Origin: Pachysolen tannophilus NRRL Y-2460
Taxonomy: Eukaryota
Length of the DNA stretch: 64,000 bases
Assembly (NCBI GenBank): GCA_001661245.1
Contig: KV454017.1
Span: forward strand, 961,903 to 1,025,902
Direction of reading: 5' to 3'
Position 1 is the stretch's first letter. Every line of letters starts with the position of its first letter. Of this stretch, positions 11,124 to 21,443 are shown in pieces. The notes beneath the pieces are model-generated. The model did no database searches and was not told the origin of the DNA. It saw only the letters and a program-made list of their open reading frames with translations. The position numbers were made by a program, and so were the translations under genes.

Positions 11124-12350
11124 TTATTTGGCCTGCCTTCTTAGATTTTGTTGTGTATTTCTTTTCTTTAAGATTTTTTCATTTTCATCTTCAATTTTCT
11201 TTTTTTTCTTTGGAATTACTTTAGTAACATCATCAAATCCACAATATTTTAAAATACTAACTCTTAATTCATCAAATCCTGTTCTTTTAAGGTATTCAGT
11301 TGCAACACTATTTACAAAGAAAAAATTAGGTTGAATTGGAGAATTTTGGAAAATTAAATCTTCATCAATATAATTTTTAATACGTTGAACAAATTGTTCT
11401 TTTGTTAATTTTTTAGTAATTTTATCAATTTTTGTGAAAATTACATCAAATGGTATACGCATTTTAACCAATGTATCTATTATTACTCTATCTGTATCTT
11501 TTATACCTTCTTTTGCACTTATTATCAAGAAGCATCGTGATAAGTTTCTTCTTTTTTGTAAATATTCCAAACATAATTCACCTTGCCATTCTTTACCTTT
11601 TGCTCCATAACCTGGAGAATCAACAACTCTAATTACACCACCAACGTTATAAAAAATTAAAGTTGGAGTATAACCTGCAAATCTTTTAACACCTGCATAT
11701 TTTACACTTGGTCTCTTTGTACTTAAATCATTAAATAAACAATTTAAAATAGATGATTTACCAACATTACATCTACCTAACAATAAAATTTCTGGTAATT
11801 TATTAAAAGTATCTTGTCTTTCTTCTCTCATTTCTAATAATTCTTGATATTTATCTAATTTTTTCAATTTTGTTAATTCTTTTAAAGAATTTTCATCTAA
11901 TATTGGATTTAAATTTTCATTTTCATCATTTTCAAGTTCATCTTTTTCATTTTCATTTTCTTCAACATTTGCTAAAGATTCTTCTTTTTCAAATCTTTTT
12001 TTTTCACCTGGTATATCTTGATATTTATAAATTTCCCAATTTATTTCAATTTTTGCATCATTAAAAAATTCATTTGCCTTGTGTAATTCTGATGCTTTAG
12101 GTTTTGGATTTGCTAATTGATCTCTAAATTGATCATTTAAAATATTTGCAGTGAAAATATTAACAAAAAGTTTATCACGTTTTTGTTTTCTTTGCTTAAC
12201 CCCAATTTTAGAACCAAAATTGGATCCAGAATTGGTCTTATTCAATATTGAATCAACATCAATACCAGCTAATGGGTGTTGTACCTTCAATAAACACTGA
12301 GAATGAAACCTACACCTAAGAATCTTACCACCAAGCCTAGATTCAAACAT
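11124..12350 (-). CDS. MRX8: Mitochondrial EngB/YihA-family GTPase
   Basis: LPEILLLGRCNVGKSS (G1), GYT (G2), DSPGYG (G3), TKID (G4); basic presequence from ATG 12350. Confidence 0.85.
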   Translation of the reverse strand: MFESRLGGKILRCRFHSQCLLKVQHPLAGIDVDSILNKTNSGSNFGSKIGVKQRKQKRDKLFVNIFTANILNDQFRDQLANPKPKASELHKANEFFNDAKIEINWEIYKYQDIPGEKKRFEKEESLANVEENENEKDELENDENENLNPILDENSLKELTKLKKLDKYQELLEMREERQDTFNKLPEILLLGRCNVGKSSILNCLFNDLSTKRPSVKYAGVKRFAGYTPTLIFYNVGGVIRVVDSPGYGAKGKEWQGELCLEYLQKRRNLSRCFLIISAKEGIKDTDRVIIDTLVKMRIPFDVIFTKIDKITKKLTKEQFVQRIKNYIDEDLIFQNSPIQPNFFFVNSVATEYLKRTGFDELRVSILKYCGFDDVTKVIPKKKKKIEDENEKILKKRNTQQNLRRQAK

Positions 12351-13433
12351 AAACCTCAAGATATTTCAAATTTTTGAAAAATCACAAACGTCACCGATGA
12401 GATAAGTAAATTAGTTAGTTTTTTAGTTTAAAAAATTTTTTTATCTTTCACATATATAAAATGTAAATGTGAAAAAGTAGTGTGGGGTTTTCTTTTCAAA
12501 ATCAATTTATTAAATTACAAAATTAAACAGACCATAAGTTATTTAAACATTTAATTGACGGAATCAAGATACCCGTTCATTCAAGATAGATCAATTACGA
12601 AGCAAAAGTAATTTTTTTTTTTTAACTCAAAACACCAATCCTAAGTAATAATATATAAAAATTGTTTTGCAGCTAGCAAAATAAAATAAAAAAAATTATT
12701 ATTTTTTAAATTTTTTTTAATTGATCTATGTGCGCAAGCACAGTTTATGCGTTCGCATACGTGTACACAGTTAGATTAGATAAAGCGATGCGCACTAAAG
12801 TACTCAAAAAATTTTAGTTTTGCGCGCGCTTTTAAAATTTAAAAATCTTTATGGCCTATAACATTAACTCTCTTTCCTCGGAGCCGAATCACTTATTAAA
12901 AATAATGACTGACTGGCCATTTTTCAATAATAATAATAATAATAATATAAACGGTTCAAGGCAACGAACGGGTTACCCTTTGACGAGTTACACTTTGCTA
13001 TTATTATTCTACTTTATTAAAAAATAAAATATTCGCGCGCAAGAGAAATCCTAATAGTAAGTTTTATAAAAGAAAAAATCAGAAAATAGCTTTGTAAACA
13101 GGAATTAAAACTGTGGTCAAATAAGGAAAAGAAAGGTGAGAAAAAAAAAATTGGAATAAAATGTATGTGTTTAAAATAATATATATAAAAAGACAATTTA
13201 AATAAAGTATTTCTATATATCTAAAGGGAAATTTCCTTCTTTTTTTTTTTCGTAATTTTTTTAATTTGCTAAATTAAATTAAAACTAAAAATTAATTTTT
13301 TTTTTGTTTTTATATATTCAATTTAATTCAATTCAATTTAGTAATTAATAATTAGTAATTGTATTGTTTGATAATATTCAATTTTTAAAATTTAAATAAA
13401 GAAAGAAAAAGAAAAGAATTCTTTTTATTAAAA

Positions 13434-14438
13434 ATGTTTTCCAGAATTACTCGTCGTCAATTTTCCACAACTCCATCAACTGCTTATAAGACAGTTGTAT
13501 TAGGTGCTGCTGGTGGTATTGGTCAACCATTATCATTGTTGATGAAGTTGAACCATAAGGTTACTCAGTTGTCATTATACGATTTAAGAAATGCTCCAGG
13601 TGTTGCTGCTGATCTTTCCCATATTCCAACCAATTCTGTTGTTAAAGGTTTTACTCCTGATAATGAAGGTTTAGCTGGTGCTCTTAAAGATGCTGATGTT
13701 GTTTTAATTCCAGCAGGTGTTCCAAGAAAACCAGGTATGACCAGAGATGATTTATTCAAGACCAATGCTTCAATTGTTAGAGACTTGGCCAAGGCCATTG
13801 CTGACAATGCTCCAAAAGCTGCTGTCTTGGTTATTTCTAACCCAGTCAATTCAACTGTTCCAATTGTTGCTGAAGTCTTCAAATCAAAAGGTGTTTACAA
13901 CCCAAAGAAATTATTTGGTGTCACCACATTGGATGTCTTGAGAGCTTCAAGATTTACTTCTGAAGTCTTGGGAACTAACCCAGTTCAGGAAAAAGTCACT
14001 GTTGTTGGTGGTCATTCAGGTATTACAATTGTTCCATTATTATCCCAAACAAAAAAGAAGGATTTTGATCCAGAAGTTCGTGATGCTTTAACCCATAGAA
14101 TTCAATTTGGTGGTGATGAAGTTGTTCAAGCTAAACAAGGTGCTGGTTCTGCAACTTTATCAATGGCACAAGCAGGTGCAAGATTTGCAAACTCTGTCTT
14201 GAGCGGTTTAGCAGGTGAAACAGATGTTGTTGAACCAACATATGTTGACAGTCCTTTATTCAAGAGTGAAGGTATTGATTTCTTTTCTTCAAAAGTTACC
14301 TTGGGTACTGAAGGTGTTAAAGAAGTCCATGGATTAGGTGAAATCTCTTCTTATGAACAAGATTTAATTAACAAGGCTAAGGAAACTTTAATTAAAAACA
14401 TTCAAAAAGGTGTCACCTTTGTTAAGGAAAACCCATAA
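13434..14438 (+). CDS. MDH1: Mitochondrial malate dehydrogenase
   Basis: Presequence [51 protein letters not shown]; strong codon bias. Confidence 0.97.
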   Translation: MFSRITRRQFSTTPSTAYKTVVLGAAGGIGQPLSLLMKLNHKVTQLSLYDLRNAPGVAADLSHIPTNSVVKGFTPDNEGLAGALKDADVVLIPAGVPRKPGMTRDDLFKTNASIVRDLAKAIADNAPKAAVLVISNPVNSTVPIVAEVFKSKGVYNPKKLFGVTTLDVLRASRFTSEVLGTNPVQEKVTVVGGHSGITIVPLLSQTKKKDFDPEVRDALTHRIQFGGDEVVQAKQGAGSATLSMAQAGARFANSVLSGLAGETDVVEPTYVDSPLFKSEGIDFFSSKVTLGTEGVKEVHGLGEISSYEQDLINKAKETLIKNIQKGVTFVKENP

Positions 14439-14745
14439 TTTTTGTTTTCTATATATGATGAATAGATTCAAACCATCAATTTAACTTAATTTAATTTAAT
14501 TTAATTTATTTTTACCTTATTTTTTTTTATATTATTATTATTACTATTATTATTAAAAAACCAAGTATATAACTATTCCTATCTTAAATTTTTTTTTTTT
14601 TTTTTTTTTTTTTTACTCTTCAAATTATTATTTATAAAGTCAGTGTGAAAAGTATGGAATAACATAGTTTATTAATGTACAAACAAGATAGATAATGAAC
14701 CTTTTACCCTATAGTTTTATATATCATCATCTCTCAAAACAAAAA

Positions 14746-14894
14746 CAGCCCCTTATTTGTTTTTTCATCTCTTGAAAACAGCCGCCAAAAAAAAATAAAA
14801 AATGAACAGGGGCGCTCCATTGAATTTTTTTCAAAAATAATGTTGTTAGGGGCTGTTAAGTTCTTAACTAAGTTGGAATAACCAATTAGGGGCT
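14746..14894. promoter_or_regulatory. Cluster of (A)GGGGCT/G motifs upstream of the MFS pseudogene
   Basis: CAGCCCCT 14746, AGGGGCG 14808, AGGGGCTG 14848, AGGGGCT 14888 in a very AT-rich background; echoed upstream of the intact MFS copy. Confidence 0.45.
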
Positions 14895-15087
14895 TTCGCA
14901 GTACTGATATTATTCAGATTACGCTAATAATTAAAAGAAAGAAAGAAAGAAAGAGATATTGGCTTGCAGGATGCATAATACATGGTGCATAAAGTTACAT
15001 ATGGTGTTTTTCCCAAATATTTCCTTTACTACCTTTCTCAACTTTACTTTCTAACTTATCATTTTTCACAACAGCTAACGCACAGAC

Positions 15088-15992
15088 TGTAGGTCATGAA
15101 AAGACTTTTGTTATTGGATTATTTTTCTTGGGGATTTTCTCCATAATGACTGCAGTGGTTGATAATATATATGTTATTATTGTAATTAGAACACTTCAAA
15201 ATTTAGCTGCTTCTGCAACTGTTCTTCCATCGTTTGCTATTATTGTAAATAATTTTACATGTGAAATGTTAAATATGGCCTTGGGTGCACTTTCAGGGAT
15301 ATTGAGTGTTTAAGAGTTGTTGTTGGTAATTCGTCCATGATATCAGCTGTTAAGATACATCTGTTTTTTATTCCTTTATTTATTTTTGCCTCTTTCTTCA
15401 GTCTGTTTTATGACAAATGTTTGTCTCCAAAATGGTGCTGCTTCACAGGTATAGCTATTGCTCTTGTTGGTGCAATATTATTGACAAGAATGAGAGAAAG
15501 TAATACAAACTACTGGAATCTTGGATCACCTGGTTTCATCCTATCTGCAATAGGTATGAGTTTATATCCTGTAAATTATTTAAATATGATTACGTTGGCC
15601 CACTCCTCTAGAAATGCAAGGTTTAATTTCAGGAATATGTTTAACTATGGCACAACTTGGAACTGCAGTTTTTTTCTCTGTGATTACATCTTTAATTGGA
15701 AATTCTGATTCAGAAAATACTTCATTTTGTTGAATTGAATAAACGCTATAGCGATTCATATTATGCGTATTGGCAGTTTTACTGATTGCATATTTATTAG
15801 CAGATGCAATCAATCCAACAGAAGAAGAAGATAAAGAAAAATCTGCAGCATTCGTTGCTAATGATGGGTGTATCTCAACTGCATCAAACGCCAGTGCGGC
15901 TTCGTCCAAGCTTTAAGCTTCAACTTCATTGAGAAAAAAAAAAATTATAAGCTGAATTCTGGTGGTGTTATTGAAGCTGTTAATGAAAATGC
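15088..15992 (+). pseudogene. Pseudogene copy of the adjacent DHA2 MFS transporter
   Basis: Colinear with 17888-19320 at roughly 85-90% identity by eye in the aligned blocks, but lacks the start codon and about the first 86 codons, has a roughly 480-nt internal deletion near 15300-15314, frameshifts and stops. Confidence 0.93.
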
Positions 15993-16362
15993 AAAAAAAT
16001 CAAACCGAATACACTTTAAGCGTATAAATGTTTTTTTTTTTTTTTTGCTTTTCGATGAATTGTGCTCCATGCATCTCTTCTCAAAATTTCCACAAGAAGC
16101 GGAATTCATATACAAAATCTATATATATATCTATATATACACTTGGTTCTATGCAATCTTTGGCTTGAAATAATTGAAAAGTATTAATTAATAACAAATA
16201 ACTGCTGCAAAATAGGTTTCTTCTTATCATGGGTCCTAAGTTAAACGAATTTTGTATAAACTACGTATATATTTATATTTGTAATACAGACAGGTTTTTC
16301 CTTTTGGCGTTTTGCTTCTTAGACATCAAATTGTATTAGTAATGCTTTAATTATTGTTATCT

Positions 16363-16680
16363 AGTTGTGTGGCTCATTTAAGATGAGACGCAAATAAAAA
16401 ATCTTATGTTTTTTAATCTAAGGCTGTATGGGGTTTTTATCAAGGTATTACTAATACAACATTAGATAAAAAGATTGGCCTGAATGGTGGATGCATTTGA
16501 TCTTGAAATGAGATTATGGTAGTAGTTAGGAATAAGTCCAATTGATCCAATTGTCAAAAGTTCTTGAACGAACAAAAAGAGAAACTATCCAGAAGATTTT
16601 TGTAAAAATTTTTCAGTATGCAAGTGATGCAGATAGTATAATTGTTTTTGCTGCAAAGACAAAACTTTGTTCAGTTGTCT
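16363..16680. repeat. Duplicated intergenic block, copy 1 (copy 2 at 19554-19872)
   Basis: 16363-16515 matches 19554-19703 (AGTTGTGTGGCTCATTTAAGATGAGACGC...GAAATGAGATT) and about 16615-16680 matches 19805-19872. Confidence 0.92.
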
Positions 16681-16790
16681 TTATATTATACCAAAAGAAT
16701 AAAAAAAAATTATCAAGATCCCTTAAATTTCGAGTTAACTAAAAACCATCAAGTTTTGCTTTGTTTCTTATCCTCTCTCTCTCTTTTTTG

Positions 16791-17035
16791 GAAAACCCCC
16801 AGACGAATTGGGTGAAATGAAAAGTTATGAAAATTATCTTCATACCAAGCATCAACAGCATCGATAGTATCATAACCAAGAACCAAGTTTTCTCCACATA
16901 GATCGTTATAGTGCTTTAACACTTCTTAAGTACAAGCATACACACTTGGATAATCAGCAACAAATATTTCCAAGCTGAAGCTCTAGCTCAGTTCCAGCTC
17001 TTAATCCAAAGCAAACAAATCTGATTATGTACTTA
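16791..17035 (-). pseudogene. Relic of a PRY/CAP-domain gene
   Basis: Minus-strand translation SLEIFVADYPSVYACT*EVLKHYNDLCGENLVLGYDTIDAVDAWYE aligns with TLETYAANYASEYDCSSGVLEHSDGPYGENLALGYDTIPAVDAWYD of the intact gene at 20571-21443; in-frame stop and a deletion. Confidence 0.9.
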
Positions 17036-17062
17036 TGAACCTAAAGCAGGATCAAAACCACA

Positions 17063-17230
17063 AGGGCTGTCTGCAGTTTCTTTTTTTTTTCTTTTATTTT
17101 TTTCAAAAGAAATTCCCATTTTAAAGGGGCTGTTGCCCTCTTTAATCTCAATTAGGTGGCTGTAGCAAGTTTTTTTTCTTTATTTTCTTTTAGTTTTCCT
17201 TTTTTGCTTATCCCTTAACTTTAAGGGCTG
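17063..17230. promoter_or_regulatory. Cluster of GGGCTG/GTGGCTG motifs upstream of the intact MFS gene
   Basis: AGGGCTG 17063, AGGGGCTG 17125, GGTGGCTG 17155, AGGGCTG 17224. Confidence 0.45.
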
Positions 17231-17629
17231 CGATGGCCTATCTCAGCCTTTCAATTTTATTAAAAAGAGAACGAAAAAAATTTAAAAAGAAAAAAATTTT
17301 TCTTAAAAAAAAAGGAAAAAAATAAAAAAATTTTAGCATGCATGATACATTGTGCATAAAGTTACATTTCTTTTCTAAGTATTTCTATTACTACTATTCT
17401 CATCATACTCTTTGATATATCTTTTTACACGCAGTTAACGCACGAAACACTTGTATTGATTATTTAACTGTAAGATGATTACTAATGTCTGGTGAAACAG
17501 AAACAATATATATATATATATATATATAGATATGTATATATATAGGGACAAGTTTGCTCTTGCAAGTTCTTGAATCATCTTGTAGAAGGAGAAGGGTTTA
17601 AGGGAAGAGAAAAAAAGATATATAGTATA

Positions 17630-19324
17630 ATGTTTAGTACTATTATCGACAAAGTTACAAAATTTAGAGTTAAGGTGCATCCTTATTTTCAAAATAAATT
17701 TTTATTATTTTTCATAATAGCCAGTTCTCAAGTGATTGATAATGTTAATGTAACTGGGTATATGTCTAATGTGGAGTTTATTGAGGAGAAATATGGTGTT
17801 GAGTACGCATTAGCAAGTTGGACATTATCTGCTTATTCTGTAGCTTTTGCAAGTTTTATTCTGTTTTTCGGTAGAGTTGCTGATATTGTAGGTCATCAAA
17901 AGACTTTTGTTACTGGATTATTTTTCTTGGGAATTTTTTCCATAATAACTGCAGTAGTTGATAATATATATGTTATTATTGTATTTAGAGCACTTCAAGG
18001 TTTAGCTGCTTCTGCAACTGTTCCTCCATCATTTGCTATTATTGCAAATAGTTTTACTGGAAAATCTTTAAATATAGCATTGGGTGCACTTTCAGGGATT
18101 TTAGTTATTTCCTTTGGTATTGGAATTATCTTGGGTGGTGCTTTTGCTGAAACTTCAATTGGTTATAAAGGAATTGGTTGGGTAACCACTGGTTGTGCAT
18201 TCTTATGTTGTGCTGCTTCATTTTTTGCATTAAAACCAATTGAACAAAAAATAAGTGCTGGAAGCTTGCATAAGTTGGATTACATTGGTGTCTTTATATT
18301 TATATCTGCTGCTATTCTATTAGTTACTGGTTTCACGGAAGCTGGTGAATCTTGGAAAAAACCAAGAGCTTACGTACCAATTATTGTATCAGTATTATTA
18401 TTCTTGTTTTTCTTTCTTTGGGAAACTGTTATATTAACAGGTAAGAGAGCTAAAAATATTGATTTATTTGTACCAAAGAAAATGTGGAAAATTAGAAATT
18501 TTAAATCATTACCTGTAACAGCATTACTATTATATGGTTCATTTTTTTGTATTATTTTAATTTCTGTTGAATATGCAAGAATTGTTGTTGGTAATTCACC
18601 TATAATATCAGCTGTTAAGATAATTCCATTTTTCGTTACATTATTTATTTTTACCATAATTTTTAGTCTCATTTATGGCAAATATTTATCTCCAAAATGG
18701 TGCTGTTTTACAGGTATAGTTTTAGCTCTTGTGGGTTCAATCTTATTAACAAGAATGAGAGAAAGTAATACAAGCTACTGGAAATTTGGATTACCAGGTT
18801 TCATCTTAGCTGCAACAGGTTTGAATTTATATTTCATAAATTATTTAAACTTAATCACATTGGCTACTCCTTTAGAGATGCAAGGTTTAATTTCAGGAAT
18901 ATGTTTAACTATGGGACAATTAGGAACTGCAATTTTTTTCTCTGTGATTACATCTTTAATTGGAAATTCTGATTTAGAAAATACTTCATTTGATGAATTA
19001 AATAAACGCTATAACGATTCATATTATTTACTGGTAAGTGGTTGTGCTGTTTGCATATTTATTAGTTTCTTCTTTGTAAAGAACTTAAAAGGCGAAGTAC
19101 ATCCAGTTATCAACGATGAAGATGATGATGATTCAGCAGATGCCTTTAATCCTGCAGAAGATGAAGATAAAGAAAAATCTGCAGCATTTGTTGCTCTTGA
19201 CGAATGTGATTCCAGGGCATCAAACGCAACTGGGGGTTCATCAAAATTTCAAGCACCAACTGATTCAGAAACTGAAACAGATGCTGCTGGTATCATTGAG
19301 GTTACAAATGAAAATGAAGATTAA
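17630..19324 (+). CDS. MFS transporter, DHA2 (14-TM, Atr1/Amf1-like) family
   Basis: About 14 hydrophobic segments, motif A FGRVADIVGHQK, FRALQG, LDYIG; first ATG at 17630. Confidence 0.88.
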   Translation: MFSTIIDKVTKFRVKVHPYFQNKFLLFFIIASSQVIDNVNVTGYMSNVEFIEEKYGVEYALASWTLSAYSVAFASFILFFGRVADIVGHQKTFVTGLFFLGIFSIITAVVDNIYVIIVFRALQGLAASATVPPSFAIIANSFTGKSLNIALGALSGILVISFGIGIILGGAFAETSIGYKGIGWVTTGCAFLCCAASFFALKPIEQKISAGSLHKLDYIGVFIFISAAILLVTGFTEAGESWKKPRAYVPIIVSVLLFLFFFLWETVILTGKRAKNIDLFVPKKMWKIRNFKSLPVTALLLYGSFFCIILISVEYARIVVGNSPIISAVKIIPFFVTLFIFTIIFSLIYGKYLSPKWCCFTGIVLALVGSILLTRMRESNTSYWKFGLPGFILAATGLNLYFINYLNLITLATPLEMQGLISGICLTMGQLGTAIFFSVITSLIGNSDLENTSFDELNKRYNDSYYLLVSGCAVCIFISFFFVKNLKGEVHPVINDEDDDDSADAFNPAEDEDKEKSAAFVALDECDSRASNATGGSSKFQAPTDSETETDAAGIIEVTNENED

Positions 19325-19553
19325 ATTAATTGGGTTGCCTTTTTTTTTCGGAAAAAAACTCATCTATGCATCTTCACAAGGATTCTACAAAAAGTGGACT
19401 ACACATATATATATAAACACACATCTATACTTCTATATATATATATCAATATATATATATACTTGGTTCAGTAGAACCACTAATCTGAAATATTTAAATA
19501 GCATTAATCATACATTGTAAGCTGTAAAATAAACATGTATTACTATACTATCC

Positions 19554-19872
19554 AGTTGTGTGGCTCATTTAAGATGAGACGCGATAAAAAATCTTACACT
19601 TTTAGTCTAAGGCTGAATGGGGTTTCTATCAAGGTATTACTAATACAACATTAGATAAAAAGAATGGCCTGTAGGGGGATGCATTTGACCTTGAAATGAG
19701 ATTGTAGAAGTAAATGGTATATGATTACTAATTGACGAAAGTTTAAGGAGCAAACAAAAATCAAGAGTCTCAAGTACTTCAGTAGTTTAGTTCAGTAGTT
19801 CCTGAGTATGTTAGTGATGCAGTTAGTGAAGTTTATTGTTTTTGCTGCAAAGACAAAACTTTCTTCTGTTGC
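19554..19872. repeat. Duplicated intergenic block, copy 2
   Basis: Matches 16363-16680 as described for copy 1. Confidence 0.92.
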
Positions 19873-20570
19873 CTTCAATAATAAGTATAGATGTTTTTTA
19901 ATAGATAAGGAATACCAGGATTATAGGAGAAAAATTCATAAGCTCACTTTCTTGCTCTTTTATTGAATTGCTGAAAAAACCCCGTTATATTTTGCTTGGA
20001 TTCTTATTCTTCTTTAGTTTCTCTCACTAAAAACACAAAAATTTTAACAGAATCGAATCATAAAGATTAGTCAGGATAGAAGAGAAGAAGTTGAAAGGAA
20101 AAAGAAAATGACTACATTAATATGGAAAAAATTGAAATTTAAGTCAATTCTAGTTGAATTTAAAAACCAGATGAATACACATACACGAGGTGAAAAAAAT
20201 TTAATGAAAAAGTAAGGAAAATAAAATAATAAAAAATACGTATATAAAAATAGATAATAATACCAAGACAATAATAATAGACAACAACTTTCATGAAAAA
20301 TAACTATATAAAAAAAAAGAAAAATAAATTACATACCAAAAAACTGAATTTAATTCGAACTAACCTGTAAAACAATTTTTTTGCTTTATTGAAAGTAAGA
20401 CCAAATTTAAAAAGTGATCAAAAGATTTATCCAAAAAGTAGCATTTTTCGTATGATGATTCCAGAGCACTTTGAAAATAAAACCTAATACTTTCATTTTT
20501 TTTTTTTTTTTTTTTTTAAAAAAAATGTTTTTTAATCTTCTTGACTTATTTAAAAGCACTTTAATTTAAT

Positions 20571-21443
20571 TCAACTGCTACTAACTGTTGGTAAAACATT
20601 TTCTGCAAATTCACCAAGGACATTACCAGCTGGTGAATATTCACAAATTGTGTATTGACCGTAATAACTTCCACAATCTTTATAAGCACAACCAAGTTGA
20701 ACACTTGAAACCCAGACGACTTGGGTGAAATGACCAGTAGATTCACTGAAACCTGGGTCTGAAAAGTTATAAAGACTGATTTCATCATACCAAGCATCAA
20801 CAGCAGGGATAGTATCATAACCAAGAGCCAAATTTTCTCCGTATGGACCATCAGAATGTTCCAATACACCTGAACTACAATCGTATTCACTAGCATAGTT
20901 TGCGGCATAGGTTTCCAAAGTGGAGTTCCAAGTCAATGCAGGAGCTTGGTTCAAAGCACGTTTGGAGTTATGTTCTTCCAAAATTTCTGAAGCAAATGTA
21001 GATAATGAAGCAGAAGCTGAAGCAGAAGTTGAAGTAGCAGATGTTGTTGTTACTTCAGAACTACTACTGCTACTACTACTGCTGCTAGCACTTGTGCTGG
21101 TTGTACTTGTGAGTGATGAAGTTGTAACTGGAGAAGCTGTTGATGAAGTTGTTTCAGTATCAGCTGTTGTTGTTGCAGCTGCAGCAGTAGATGAAGTTTC
21201 AGTAGACTCCACATCAGATGAAGTGGCTGTAACAGCTACTTCTGAACTTGTTACTTCGGTACTGAGTTCAGTAGTTCCATCGTTAGTGGCAGTGACAACA
21301 ATAGTTGAGTATTCGACGGTGCTAATAACACTGGTGTGAGTGACAGTAGTATATTCGGTTGCTGTTTCTGTGATTATGACACCTAAGGCTTGTGTACCTA
21401 ATGAAAGCAAAATTGCCAATTGAACTGGAAGAGAAAATTTCAT
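20571..21443 (-). CDS. Secreted PRY/CAP (SCP) sterol-binding protein
   Basis: Signal peptide, Ser/Thr-rich stalk, CAP domain HNSKRA, GPYGENLALGY, TGHFTQVVW, ICEYSPAGN. Confidence 0.95.
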   Translation of the reverse strand: MKFSLPVQLAILLSLGTQALGVIITETATEYTTVTHTSVISTVEYSTIVVTATNDGTTELSTEVTSSEVAVTATSSDVESTETSSTAAAATTTADTETTSSTASPVTTSSLTSTTSTSASSSSSSSSSSEVTTTSATSTSASASASLSTFASEILEEHNSKRALNQAPALTWNSTLETYAANYASEYDCSSGVLEHSDGPYGENLALGYDTIPAVDAWYDEISLYNFSDPGFSESTGHFTQVVWVSSVQLGCAYKDCGSYYGQYTICEYSPAGNVLGEFAENVLPTVSSS

